This document shows, one piece after another, positions 1 to 9,041 of a stretch of DNA of 64,000 nucleotides. Source of the stretch: Candidatus Gastranaerophilales bacterium. Its GTDB lineage: Bacteria > Cyanobacteriota > Vampirovibrionia > Gastranaerophilales > CAJFVJ01. Within the stretch, counting starts at the first letter, position 1. Each line of letters starts with the position of its first letter. Location of the stretch: positions 201,466 through 265,465 of the forward strand of contig CALUSR010000003.1 in the NCBI GenBank assembly GCA_944323485.1. The letters are read 5' to 3'. The translations under genes were made by a program, and so were the position numbers. Below the pieces are notes generated by a model. That model was not told the origin of the DNA. It did not search any database and saw only the letters and a list, made by a program, of their open reading frames with translations.

Positions 1-645
1 TCTTGCTTTATCAAAATCTCTGGTTGATACATCAAGAATTTTTTGAACATCTTGATTTGAAGAATATCTTTTTCCTGCAAGTTTTTTGACAAATTCGCTG
101 AAATCCTCATCACAGGCAAATTCACCTGAAGGAATCCTCTCTTTTCCGTTTCCTTCAAACGTCATAGCCCCCTTTGTTTCTTGCAGCGGTTCAGCAACAG
201 CCATTGTTTCTTCTCCCGCGTGTTTTGTCATAACAGGCTGTTCATCTCCGGAGAGTGGAATCTCTTCATTCGGTTTCTTTTTGGTATCAACGACCCCATC
301 AAGAATCTCATCCAACTTTGAGGTTGACGCCTTTCTTGCCTTTGAGAGTTTTTCAATAGCCTCATCACCGGCAAAGAGAGTTTTCAGTTTTTTAGAAAAA
401 CTGACACCTTTCATATCACTATCTTTGAAAAGTGCATTGAATGATTCCATAAGATTCTTGTTATTCTTTTTTAACACGGCTAAGCTTAAAATTGCGGCAC
501 CAAACACAACGGCTGCACCTATAGCAGTTTTTATTTTATTATTCTTTTTATTTTTTTTCTCAATTTTATCAGAAGATTCAAAACTGTCAGATTGTTCTGA
601 ATTATTTTTGACAACAGAACTGCTATCCTGTTTATTAACCATCAT
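1..645 (-). CDS. hypothetical membrane-anchored protein, 3' end outside window
   Basis: Reverse-strand reading from ATGATG at 645 gives MMVNKQDSSSVVKNNSEQSD...KIKTAIGAAVVFGAAILSLAVLKK... and stays open to the window edge, with one hydrophobic helix. It is absent from the ORF track because it has no stop in the window. The + ORF 86..649 is its low-complexity shadow. Confidence 0.5.
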   Translation of the reverse strand, partial: MMVNKQDSSSVVKNNSEQSDSFESSDKIEKKNKKNNKIKTAIGAAVVFGAAILSLAVLKKNNKNLMESFNALFKDSDMKGVSFSKKLKTLFAGDEAIEKLSKARKASTSKLDEILDGVVDTKKKPNEEIPLSGDEQPVMTKHAGEETMAVAEPLQETKGAMTFEGNGKERIPSGEFACDEDFSEFVKKLAGKRYSSNQDVQKILDVSTRDFDKAR

Positions 646-771
646 TTGAGGGTTAATGTAGTTAGAATAACTCAAAGGGCTTACACTGCTATTTGACAAA
701 ACTTCACTCCGCTCATTAAACACATTTCTTATAAAACAAGCAGAGATAAAAAATTGCCACAAAAACAGATA

Positions 772-1854
772 TTATTTCTTAATATAAAGAGTTTCCGTCG
801 GAAACGCAAATTCAATGCCTTCTTTGTTAAACTCTTCAAAGAGCTTGAGGAGATATTCTTCTCTGACTTTCAGATATTCGGCATATTCAGTAGTATCAAC
901 ATACATGCTCAAATATATCTTCAACGAAGAAGAATCGAGTTTGTTGAGAAAAACTCTGTAATCCTTCAGTATCTTCGGATTTTCATTAGCTACAATTTTG
1001 CAAATTTCAACGGCTCTTTCAACTTTATTTGCAGGTGTGTCATATGTCACATCAATAAATTCATATATACGTCTTTTAGTCACCATGGAAATATTCTTAA
1101 CAATCGAGTTTCCGATTATATTATTCGGAACAATAATCACACTGTCATCCAGAGCTCTTATCTTTGTTGAGCGCAGAGAAATAGTCTCAATTGTTCCCTC
1201 AACATCGCTGCCTGCAACAGCCTTATCAATAACCACGTAGTCGCCTATTTTATAAGTTCCATCGCCGATAATTGCAAATGCTCCAAAAACATTTGCGATA
1301 TACTCTTTTGATGCAAAACTGACAGCAACACCCAAAATTCCAACCCCTGCCAAAAGCGTTGATACGGAATATCCAAAATATTGAAGGATATTCACTATCA
1401 TCACAAAAGTTATTGTGGTTTTCAGCAATATATTCAAAAGAGGAATAAACTTGAGAATAGGAAAACTTGATTGTTCGTATTTGAAAGAGAAAAATCTATC
1501 AACAAAATCAACAAGAACATATCCCATCCATGTCAGCATAACAGTACTGGCTACCCTTACAAAGAGAGTCAGTCCCGTCTTAATCGGGAAAACGGCATCG
1601 GTCGGATGCAATACGGCAATGGAAATTCCAAAACCAACGATATAAACAAACAGTGCAAACGGTGTGTTAATTTTGTTCAAATTTACTTTTCCGCTTGTAC
1701 TAATATGCTTTGAGAAAATTTTCTCAATAATTTTATCAAGGAAATACTGTCCTGCCCTTGCAACAACAATAGTAATAAACGCAATGACAGAAGCAACAAT
1801 TATATGCCAGAAATCAAGATGATTGAAAAAGTTCAGTTTTATATATTCAAACAT
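772..1854 (-). CDS. mechanosensitive ion channel, MscS family
   Basis: N-terminal TM helices followed by the MscS beta-domain signature (IGDYVVI...GTIETISLRSTKIRALDDSVIIVPNNIIGNSIVKN). Confidence 0.85.
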   Translation of the reverse strand: MFEYIKLNFFNHLDFWHIIVASVIAFITIVVARAGQYFLDKIIEKIFSKHISTSGKVNLNKINTPFALFVYIVGFGISIAVLHPTDAVFPIKTGLTLFVRVASTVMLTWMGYVLVDFVDRFFSFKYEQSSFPILKFIPLLNILLKTTITFVMIVNILQYFGYSVSTLLAGVGILGVAVSFASKEYIANVFGAFAIIGDGTYKIGDYVVIDKAVAGSDVEGTIETISLRSTKIRALDDSVIIVPNNIIGNSIVKNISMVTKRRIYEFIDVTYDTPANKVERAVEICKIVANENPKILKDYRVFLNKLDSSSLKIYLSMYVDTTEYAEYLKVREEYLLKLFEEFNKEGIEFAFPTETLYIKK

Positions 1855-1882
1855 AATCCGCCTTTAGTCCTTCATAAAATAC

Positions 1883-1920
1883 AAAAAAGCGGTAACCCAA
1901 AACTGAGATACCGCCTTTTT
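1883..1920. terminator. hairpin flanked by an A-run and a T-run, possibly a bidirectional terminator
   Basis: aaaaaaGCGGTA-14 nt-TACCGCcttttt lies just downstream of the minus-strand ferredoxin gene. The stem is short (6 bp). Confidence 0.45.
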
Positions 1921-1935
1921 GCATACTGATTAGAA

Positions 1936-2112
1936 TTATTCGATAATGATTACGCTAACAGGGCAAGCATCAGCAGCTTCTTTCACTGCATCGATGTTTG
2001 CATCAACAGCATCTTCATCAACAACAGCAGCATCTTCCACATGGAAAACATCGCTGCAAATTGATTCGCATGCACCGCAAGCTATACATCCATCGTCGAT
2101 TCTTACTTTCAT
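1936..2112 (-). CDS. small 4Fe-4S ferredoxin (58 aa)
   Basis: Hand translation gives MKVRIDDGCIACGACESICSDVFHVEDAAVVDEDAVDANIDAVKEAADACPVSVIIIE. It carries a CxxCxxC...CP cluster motif and is below the ORF-track size cutoff. The + ORF 1946..2164 is its shadow. Confidence 0.8.
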   Translation of the reverse strand: MKVRIDDGCIACGACESICSDVFHVEDAAVVDEDAVDANIDAVKEAADACPVSVIIIE

Positions 2113-2220
2113 TTTTTTTCTCCTAAATGATTATCCATTACATTATAACAGAAACTCTGTTTAATATACCAAATTTTATAAAAATTTTCAATTTAATATT
2201 AAAAAACATACGGCTAATTT

Positions 2221-3426
2221 TTAAAACAACGCATCAGAATTACATCCAAAGTCCGCACCGAGCCATTTTGCAACGCTCGCAGCAATACGTCCAAACCCAT
2301 CAGTTGTTCCCAAATTTTGTGGTTTCAACGATTTTGAATATAACACAACGGGAATCATCTCTCTTGTATGATCGGTGCCAGCTACAGTCGGGTCGCAGCC
2401 ATGGTCAGCTGTTATAATCAACAAATCATCATCAGTTAACAAATTCAAAAATTTATCAACATATGAGTCTATCTCTTCGATAGCCCTTCCATAGCCTACA
2501 GCATCATTTCTATGCCCGAAGAGCATATCTGTATCAACAAGATTGACAAATATAAACTCTTTATCAAAGTCTGAAAAATTTTTATCAGTCAGGTATTTAT
2601 CATAATCAAATCTGTCATCAAGAGCAGAAAGCAAAATTTCAAGCCCCTCTTTATTTGAACCTGTATGAATCGCATGGGTTATACCTGTTTTTACAAATAT
2701 ATCCTCAATTTTTCCTATACCAAGAACTCTTCCGTTCTGTTCTTTCACCGCATCAAGAACTGTTTTGCCTGTCGGAGGAACGGAATAGTCTCTTCTGTCT
2801 TTTGATATTCTCTGGTATTTCCCGTCAACTTTATGATAAGGTCTTGCAATAACACGGCTGACATTGTATTTTCCATCAAGAAGTTTTCTTGCAATTTCAC
2901 ACCATCTATAAAGCGTTTCAAGAGGAATAACATCAACATCGCATGCTATTTGAAAAACACTGTCTGCACTTGTATAAACTATAGGAAATTTTGTCTTTTC
3001 ATGCTCTGATGCAAGCTCTTCAATAATTTTTGTACCTGAGGCGGGGTAGTTTCCAAGCACGCCGCCGCAGCCTGTTTCTTTCACAAAATCATCAATGAGT
3101 TCTTTGGGAAATCCTTCAGGGTAAGTCAAAAACGGTTTTTCAAGGACAAGCCCGGCTATCTCCCAGTGACCTGTTGTTGTATCTTTGCCCTTTGAAATCT
3201 CTTTCAATATACCGACGGAAGCTGATGGATTATCAACTTTTTTTACTCCTTCAATATCAGCAAGATTCCCCAAGCCCATTTTCTCAAGATTTGGCAGACA
3301 AAGACCTCCATTTGCTTTAGCAACGTTGACAAGAGTATTGCACTCTTTGACATCTCCATACTCACATGCATCAGGCATGGCACCTATACCCATTGAATCT
3401 ATTACTACAACAACAGCTCGTTTCAT
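2221..3426 (-). CDS. deoB: phosphopentomutase
   Basis: Full-length DeoB-like protein: VVVIDSMGIGAMPDA N-terminus and the ADHGCDPT..GTDHTRE metal-site motifs. Confidence 0.9.
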   Translation of the reverse strand: MKRAVVVVIDSMGIGAMPDACEYGDVKECNTLVNVAKANGGLCLPNLEKMGLGNLADIEGVKKVDNPSASVGILKEISKGKDTTTGHWEIAGLVLEKPFLTYPEGFPKELIDDFVKETGCGGVLGNYPASGTKIIEELASEHEKTKFPIVYTSADSVFQIACDVDVIPLETLYRWCEIARKLLDGKYNVSRVIARPYHKVDGKYQRISKDRRDYSVPPTGKTVLDAVKEQNGRVLGIGKIEDIFVKTGITHAIHTGSNKEGLEILLSALDDRFDYDKYLTDKNFSDFDKEFIFVNLVDTDMLFGHRNDAVGYGRAIEEIDSYVDKFLNLLTDDDLLIITADHGCDPTVAGTDHTREMIPVVLYSKSLKPQNLGTTDGFGRIAASVAKWLGADFGCNSDALF

Positions 3427-3429
3427 AAC

Positions 3430-4677
3430 CTATACACCCGTCTTTTCTTCTATCATCAACATGTCTTCATCTTCTTCTTTTGAAAGAAGCTCCTGTGGAA
3501 TTTGTTTTTTTGCTTTTGCTCCGAGTTTTTTGAGATTTTCTATTCGTTTTGTAATATTGCCCCTTCCTTCAGACAGTCTGTTCATAACGGAAGTAAATCC
3601 ATCTGATACTGATTTGAAGGATTTTTCAATCGAAGCCAAATCACCAATCAATGCAACAAAACTGTCATATAGTTTACCGCTTTCATCGGCTATATTGATT
3701 GCATTCTGGTTCTGTTTTGCTTGAACCCAGAAAAGATTGATACTCTTGAGCGTAGCAAGAAGAGTTGTCGGACTCACAAGTATAATCTTCTGATTCCAAG
3801 CTTCAGAGAAAATTGTTTCGCTCATCTGCAAAACGAGAGAAAAACATGCTTCCGAGGGAACAAACAAAAGAACAAAATCAGGCGAGTTCAAATCTCCTGA
3901 TGCATAATATTCTTTCTGCGCAAGTCCTTTTATATGCTGTTTGAGCGACTCAAGAAATTTCTTGAAAGCCTCTGATTTTTGAACTTCATTCTCAGAGTTA
4001 AAATATTCAACATAAGAATTCAACGATACCTTTGAGTCAACTATAATCTGTCTGTTATCAGGAAGATAAACAACCGCATCCGGACGCTGTGTTGAGTCTG
4101 TTTCTGATTTTATGGTAGTCTGCAAACTGTATTCAACACCTTCCTGCAATCCTGAAAGTTCAAAAATGCGTTTCAGCTGCATTTCTCCCCAGTTTCCCTG
4201 AATTTTGTTACTTCCTTTCAGTGCCGATGCAAGGTTGCGGGCTTCTTTTTCGATTTGTCTGTTATTTTCCATAAGATTTCTTATCTGCGTGTCAAAAGTA
4301 ATATTGTTTTTTTCATTTGACTGAATATTCTCTTCTACTTTCTTTTGAAATTCGTTTATTTTGATGCGGAAGGGTTCAAGAAGAGAATCAAGTTCTTTCT
4401 TGCTCATTGTGTTAAATTCATTTGTATTCTCTTTAAGAATTTTTGAAGCAAGATTTTCAAATTCCATAGAAAGCTTTTTTTGCATCTCTTCTTCTTTTTG
4501 AGAAAATTCTTCTTTTTTTGAGTTTAAAGCATTCAACTCTGCAACCTGTCTGTTGAGTTCAACTATCTCCCGTTGTTTTTTTTCCAAATCAGAAAAAGAA
4601 ACTGACGATTTTCTCATAATAAAAAATACAAGACCAGCTCCAACTAATAAACCAGCCAAAAATAAAACTATTTCCAT
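3430..4677 (-). CDS. rmuC: DNA recombination protein RmuC
   Basis: N-terminal TM helix, a long coiled coil, and a C-terminal RmuC nuclease-like region (GNWGEMQL..., QRPDAVVYLPDNRQIIVDSK). Confidence 0.85.
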   Translation of the reverse strand: MEIVLFLAGLLVGAGLVFFIMRKSSVSFSDLEKKQREIVELNRQVAELNALNSKKEEFSQKEEEMQKKLSMEFENLASKILKENTNEFNTMSKKELDSLLEPFRIKINEFQKKVEENIQSNEKNNITFDTQIRNLMENNRQIEKEARNLASALKGSNKIQGNWGEMQLKRIFELSGLQEGVEYSLQTTIKSETDSTQRPDAVVYLPDNRQIIVDSKVSLNSYVEYFNSENEVQKSEAFKKFLESLKQHIKGLAQKEYYASGDLNSPDFVLLFVPSEACFSLVLQMSETIFSEAWNQKIILVSPTTLLATLKSINLFWVQAKQNQNAINIADESGKLYDSFVALIGDLASIEKSFKSVSDGFTSVMNRLSEGRGNITKRIENLKKLGAKAKKQIPQELLSKEEDEDMLMIEEKTGV

Positions 4678-4755
4678 AACAAGCCCTTAACCTGTACCCT
4701 ACGGATAAAATTTTATCATGATTATGCAGGAGATAGATGAATATTTTACTTTTAA

Positions 4756-5433
4756 TTAAGCACTTTCTTTCCAGGAGATATCTTGTTTTATAATTTTTGC
4801 CGGATTACCTGCTGCAATTGAATGAGGAGGAACATCTTTGGTTACAACAGCACCCGCAGCAACTATAGAGCCTTTCCCAACGGTTACCCCTTTCAATATC
4901 AAAGCTCTTGAGCCTAACCAAACATTATCTTCAAGCACAACAGGTGCATCAGGATTTATGCAAGCTCCATTCTGATAAATAGGATGCCCGTCACCTGCAA
5001 AAATCTGAACACCGCTCGCTATCATACAATTTTTTCCTATTGAAATATTATCATGAGCGAGTATTTTCACATTTGAAGAGATATAAGTCTGAGAGCCTAC
5101 TGAAAGATTTTTGCCCTTCCCGACATAAACAACACATCCCTTATCAATAATAGTCCAATCTTCCTCTAGAGAAAACGTAGCATTTTCTTCAAGTATCAGC
5201 TTTGTATTGCTGCGATGAGAAAACTCATGAACTATATTCCCGAAATCAAGACGTCCGCCTTTGGGAATTGAGATTTTTGAATTCTTGCCGAGTTTCAACT
5301 CAACATCGCCATCCATTAATATAAGTCGACGGCGGTCTAACATCCCGTTATAGCGGAAGTTTATATACAACAATCTTAAAAAATGGTGAGGAAGTAAAAA
5401 TTTCAGTTTATTCATAATAATATGATTATACAT
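4756..5433 (-). CDS. hexapeptide-repeat (LbH) acyl/acetyltransferase
   Basis: The C-terminal half has left-handed beta-helix hexapeptide repeats ([20 protein letters not shown]..., [27 protein letters not shown]). The start is ambiguous (5433 or 5415). Confidence 0.7.
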   Translation of the reverse strand: MYNHIIMNKLKFLLPHHFLRLLYINFRYNGMLDRRRLILMDGDVELKLGKNSKISIPKGGRLDFGNIVHEFSHRSNTKLILEENATFSLEEDWTIIDKGCVVYVGKGKNLSVGSQTYISSNVKILAHDNISIGKNCMIASGVQIFAGDGHPIYQNGACINPDAPVVLEDNVWLGSRALILKGVTVGKGSIVAAGAVVTKDVPPHSIAAGNPAKIIKQDISWKESA

Positions 5434-5522
5434 AAATATTAGAAAATTGCTTAATTCTTTATTTTTCTTAAGTTATCAACTATAATTATCGTCAGAGTCT
5501 ACAATTCTGGATAGAAGGAAGT

Positions 5523-7031
5523 ATGTCTGACGAGAAAATAGTACATAAAGAAAACAAAATCATATCCTCCGCAATATTTACATCTTTTCTGAAGTACGGA
5601 GTAAATATAGTTTCGGGGCTTGTATTTTATATATTTACCGCAAGATTTTTCGGAAGTGAAATAATCGGTATTTTTGCATTTCTGATGATGTTCATCGGAA
5701 TCTTTGGCATACTAACAAACTTTGCCGAGCAGGGGGGATTTATCAGAGTACTGAACAAATACCCGCAAGATTCACCAAATGCGAGTGCGTTATGTATTGT
5801 ATTTTTCGTTATGACTTTTCTTATTACGGCAATCCTCGCCATGCCTGCACTGCTGCTCGGAAAATATATTATAGTAGACATCTATCACAAGGATATATTC
5901 CCTTATTTTGCAATCCTGCTTGTGAGCTATCTTCTGTTTACAAATACGGCTGCAATACTCAACAGTATATATGCGGCGTATCAACAGATAAAATATCCTC
6001 TGATTGCTGAGATAGCTATTTTTATCGCCAAAATATCGGCATTTGTCTGCGTATATTTTTGTTTCACCAAGAGTATAACATCCTTTGTCGGTTTGCAGGT
6101 ATTAATTGACATATCGTCATGTGTTTTTATGCTCGTATTCATAGGCAAAGTAATAAACCTGAATATCCGCTGGAACAAGGACATTTTCAAAACAGCTTAT
6201 GAAGACTTCAAAGAAGCGCTGATTTTCGGTTTAAAACTCCTTCCGAAAAATACAAATTATCTGATTACAGAATACACTGACAGAGCTGTCATTCCTTTAT
6301 ATCTTCCGATTTCAGCTCTCGGCATTTATTATGTCGTGTATCAAATATTCTCAAAACTCGCAACAATGGACTCCATTTTCTCAAGAATGCTCTATCCGTC
6401 TTTATCACGTCTTTTTTATGGAGAAAAATTTGAAGAACTTATCATAATCTACCGGGAAACACAGATTAAGGTACTTGTGTTTATGGGGCTTGCCTGCGCA
6501 CTTGTCTGCGGATTTTCAACAACAATCCTCGGTATATTCGGAGAAGAATTTTCAAAGGGAACACTTGTTTTATGCATTCTTGTTCTGGGAATTTTGATTA
6601 ATGTATTCTCAACACTGCCATCAACACTTATCACAGCAATGAACAAACCATTGTTTGTATCTTTTACAATGTGCATAGTTGCTGTTGTCAATTTTATTTT
6701 GAATATCGTACTTATTCCCAAAATCGGTCTTGAGGGTGCCGCATGGGCAAACACAGCAGGACTTCTTATCGGTGCCGTGATATTCAACATAGCATTTGAC
6801 GTTATTTTAAAAGAAAAAGTTTATAACATCAGTTACTCCCTAAAACTCGGAAAAATACTATTTTTAATACTGCTTGTTACTCTTATATCAAAAATAATCG
6901 AAATAAAATTCCATTCAATCATTTTGATGTTTGTATGCTTTGCAGTGTTTACGCTGTTGTATTTTATTCTGCTCGAAAAATTCAACCTGTTTAACATAAG
7001 AAACACCATAAAAGAAATAGTCAAAAAATGA
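5523..7031 (+). CDS. polysaccharide/oligosaccharide flippase (MOP/Wzx-like)
   Basis: About 12-14 predicted TM helices across 502 aa, located next to a GT2 gene and an acyltransferase gene. Confidence 0.7.
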   Translation: MSDEKIVHKENKIISSAIFTSFLKYGVNIVSGLVFYIFTARFFGSEIIGIFAFLMMFIGIFGILTNFAEQGGFIRVLNKYPQDSPNASALCIVFFVMTFLITAILAMPALLLGKYIIVDIYHKDIFPYFAILLVSYLLFTNTAAILNSIYAAYQQIKYPLIAEIAIFIAKISAFVCVYFCFTKSITSFVGLQVLIDISSCVFMLVFIGKVINLNIRWNKDIFKTAYEDFKEALIFGLKLLPKNTNYLITEYTDRAVIPLYLPISALGIYYVVYQIFSKLATMDSIFSRMLYPSLSRLFYGEKFEELIIIYRETQIKVLVFMGLACALVCGFSTTILGIFGEEFSKGTLVLCILVLGILINVFSTLPSTLITAMNKPLFVSFTMCIVAVVNFILNIVLIPKIGLEGAAWANTAGLLIGAVIFNIAFDVILKEKVYNISYSLKLGKILFLILLVTLISKIIEIKFHSIILMFVCFAVFTLLYFILLEKFNLFNIRNTIKEIVKK

Positions 7032-7038
7032 GGATAAT

Positions 7039-7974
7039 ATGAGCAATCTGTTTTTATCAGTCGGTGTATGTGTCTACAACAAAGAAAAAGAAATTCCCAA
7101 TGCCCTGCAGTCACTTGCAGAGCAGACTATCTCAAAAGATTTGTTCGAAATAATCGTCGTAGATAACAACTCAACAGACAACACTGAAGCTGTAGTCAAA
7201 GAATTTATTAACAATCATCCGGAACTTAATATAAAATACTTCAAAGAAATAAATCAAGGTGTGTCTTATGCAAGAAACAGATGCTACAAAGAGGCTTCCG
7301 GTAACTATATAGTCTATTTTGATGATGATGAAATAGCATTCAAAGACTGGCTTCAGAATTTTTATGACTCAATCAAAAAACATCCTGAAGCGGTCATCCT
7401 CGCAGGAAAAGTAATTGTCAAATACGAGGACCCTGAATTTGCCAAAATTGCAGACAGCTATATAGACAACTGGTTTGCAAATTATGAATATGGTGATGAG
7501 GAGATAGTTCTGAGCAAAGAACTTATTGAAAAAGGAAAAATCGACTATCCCATTGCCGGCAACATGGCAGTGAAAATGGACTACATCAAAGAAGTAAACG
7601 GATTTGATACAGACCTTGGACGAAGCGAAAATCTTATGCTCGGGGGTGAAGAAACAAAATTCACGAAAGATGCTCTTGAAAACGGCAAAATTGCTATTTA
7701 TACCCCTCAAAGCACTGTCCATCATATAGTAATAAAAAATCGCTGCTCCATCGACTTTTTGAAGATGAAACACTTCCAGCAGGGAATGACCTTCATCAGA
7801 ATATATTTCAACGGTGTATCATTATTCAAGCGGCTGAAAATTGTCATCTACCACATCATTTTAATTCTTGCAAAATCAGTGCAATATCTGTTTTCCTCAA
7901 ATAAAGAACGCAACTTTATTGCTATGAAAAACTGCTTTGCAAAAGGGATAATTTATCAGTGTTTGCATAAATAA
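7039..7974 (+). CDS. glycosyltransferase family 2
   Basis: GT2 N-terminal motif (VCVYNKEKEIPNALQSLAEQT...EIIVVDNNSTDNT) and a DDD region. Confidence 0.8.
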   Translation: MSNLFLSVGVCVYNKEKEIPNALQSLAEQTISKDLFEIIVVDNNSTDNTEAVVKEFINNHPELNIKYFKEINQGVSYARNRCYKEASGNYIVYFDDDEIAFKDWLQNFYDSIKKHPEAVILAGKVIVKYEDPEFAKIADSYIDNWFANYEYGDEEIVLSKELIEKGKIDYPIAGNMAVKMDYIKEVNGFDTDLGRSENLMLGGEETKFTKDALENGKIAIYTPQSTVHHIVIKNRCSIDFLKMKHFQQGMTFIRIYFNGVSLFKRLKIVIYHIILILAKSVQYLFSSNKERNFIAMKNCFAKGIIYQCLHK

Positions 7975-8048
7975 TTTGATTTTGTATTGACAAATTCAAG
8001 TTCATAATTTATACTTAAAGTATAAACACAAAAGGAGAAGAATTTGTT

Positions 8049-8462
8049 ATGAAAAACTGTTGTCATGGACATGGCAATCACAACTGCCACAACAATCATG
8101 GAAGCTATGGAAGAGGACACGGTAGAAGACGCGAACTATTTGAACAAAAATACGAAGAATATTTGAGAAGCACTTCCATCCCTGAATTTGAAAATGACGA
8201 AGATTACGAAAACTGGCTTACGAAAACAGAAGAAGGGCAAAGGCATTTTCTTCATATTCAAAAAATTAAAGAAGAAGTGAACAGAGAAATTCCATGGGGC
8301 GGACGAAGAATGAACGCCGGACGAAAAAGCTGCGGAAATAAAATTCCTTTCAACCGCCGCATCGATGAATCAAAACTCGAAATTCTCAAAGATTATGCAC
8401 AAAAACACAACATAACAGAAACCGAAGCACTTGAAATTGCCATCGAAAAACTGCTCGACTAA
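8049..8462 (+). CDS. hypothetical protein with a His/Cys-rich N-terminus and a C-terminal ribbon-helix-helix-like region
   Basis: The N-terminus MKNCCHGHGNHNCHNNHGSYGRGHG is metal-binding-like. The C-terminus IPFNRRIDESKLEILKDYAQKHNITETEALEIAIEKLL resembles a CopG/NikR-type RHH. Confidence 0.5.
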   Translation: MKNCCHGHGNHNCHNNHGSYGRGHGRRRELFEQKYEEYLRSTSIPEFENDEDYENWLTKTEEGQRHFLHIQKIKEEVNREIPWGGRRMNAGRKSCGNKIPFNRRIDESKLEILKDYAQKHNITETEALEIAIEKLLD

Positions 8463-8788
8463 TGAGTTACCGTCTTTGAAAAAAGCTGGATAACAACGAC
8501 ACCGGCAATAATCAACCCGATACCGAGAACAGCAGGCAAATCAAGAGATTGTTTGTAGACAAAATATGCGGCAGCAGAAATCAGAACAATCCCGACACCT
8601 GACCAGATTGCATAAACAACACCCGTTGGTATCTGTGCCATACAAACACTCAAAAAATAAAAAGATACGCCATATAAACAAAGCGATATAATCGTAGGCA
8701 CAAGCACCGTAAATCCGTGAGAAGCCTTCAACACGGTAGTCGCCGCAACCTCAGCGATAATTGCTGCAAGCAAATACAAATAAATCAT
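8459..8788 (-). CDS. SMR-family small multidrug efflux protein (EmrE/QacE-like)
   Basis: 109 aa, four TM helices, and a conserved membrane Glu in MIYLYLLAAIIAEVAATTVLK. Confidence 0.85.
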   Translation of the reverse strand: MIYLYLLAAIIAEVAATTVLKASHGFTVLVPTIISLCLYGVSFYFLSVCMAQIPTGVVYAIWSGVGIVLISAAAYFVYKQSLDLPAVLGIGLIIAGVVVIQLFSKTVTH

Positions 8789-8860
8789 ACAGCCCTCTCT
8801 TTCTCAGGAATTATATCGTCGTAAATTTTAAAAAGCAAGCAGCTCACATTTTTGAGAAAG

Positions 8861-8999
8861 TTGATTTATATAGTCAATTCCGCCCAAAATTTCCAAAGCA
8901 ACGTCATACCGAGTATCTGAACAAAAAGGATTCTTCGGGCTAAAGCCCTCAGAATAACGGACTTTTAATAATATCTTCGGAATTTGCTATATAAGTTCC
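8861..8999. repeat. MITE-like element, diverged copy A (inverted relative to copy B at 40210..40359)
   Basis: The ends ttgatttatatagtcaatt and aatttgctatataagttcc are inverted repeats. The interior aligns by eye with the reverse complement of 40229..40340, including the hairpin GATTCTTCGGGCTAAAGCCCTCAGAAT. Confidence 0.55.
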
Positions 9000-9041
9000 T
9001 TAGAAAGTATGTTGTAAAAAAAATTTTTTATTGTATGATTA

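Noticed and set aside
86-649. 187-aa + strand ORF rich in Ser/Phe/Leu
   Set aside because: The sequence is low-complexity. The opposite strand gives a much more protein-like reading with a good ATG and a TM helix (CDS 1..645, minus strand). I treat the + ORF as a shadow.
1946-2164. 72-aa + strand ORF (MITLTGQASAASFTASMF...)
   Set aside because: It is antisense to a clean 58-aa 4Fe-4S ferredoxin gene (1936..2112, minus strand) that has the CxxCxxC...CP motif.
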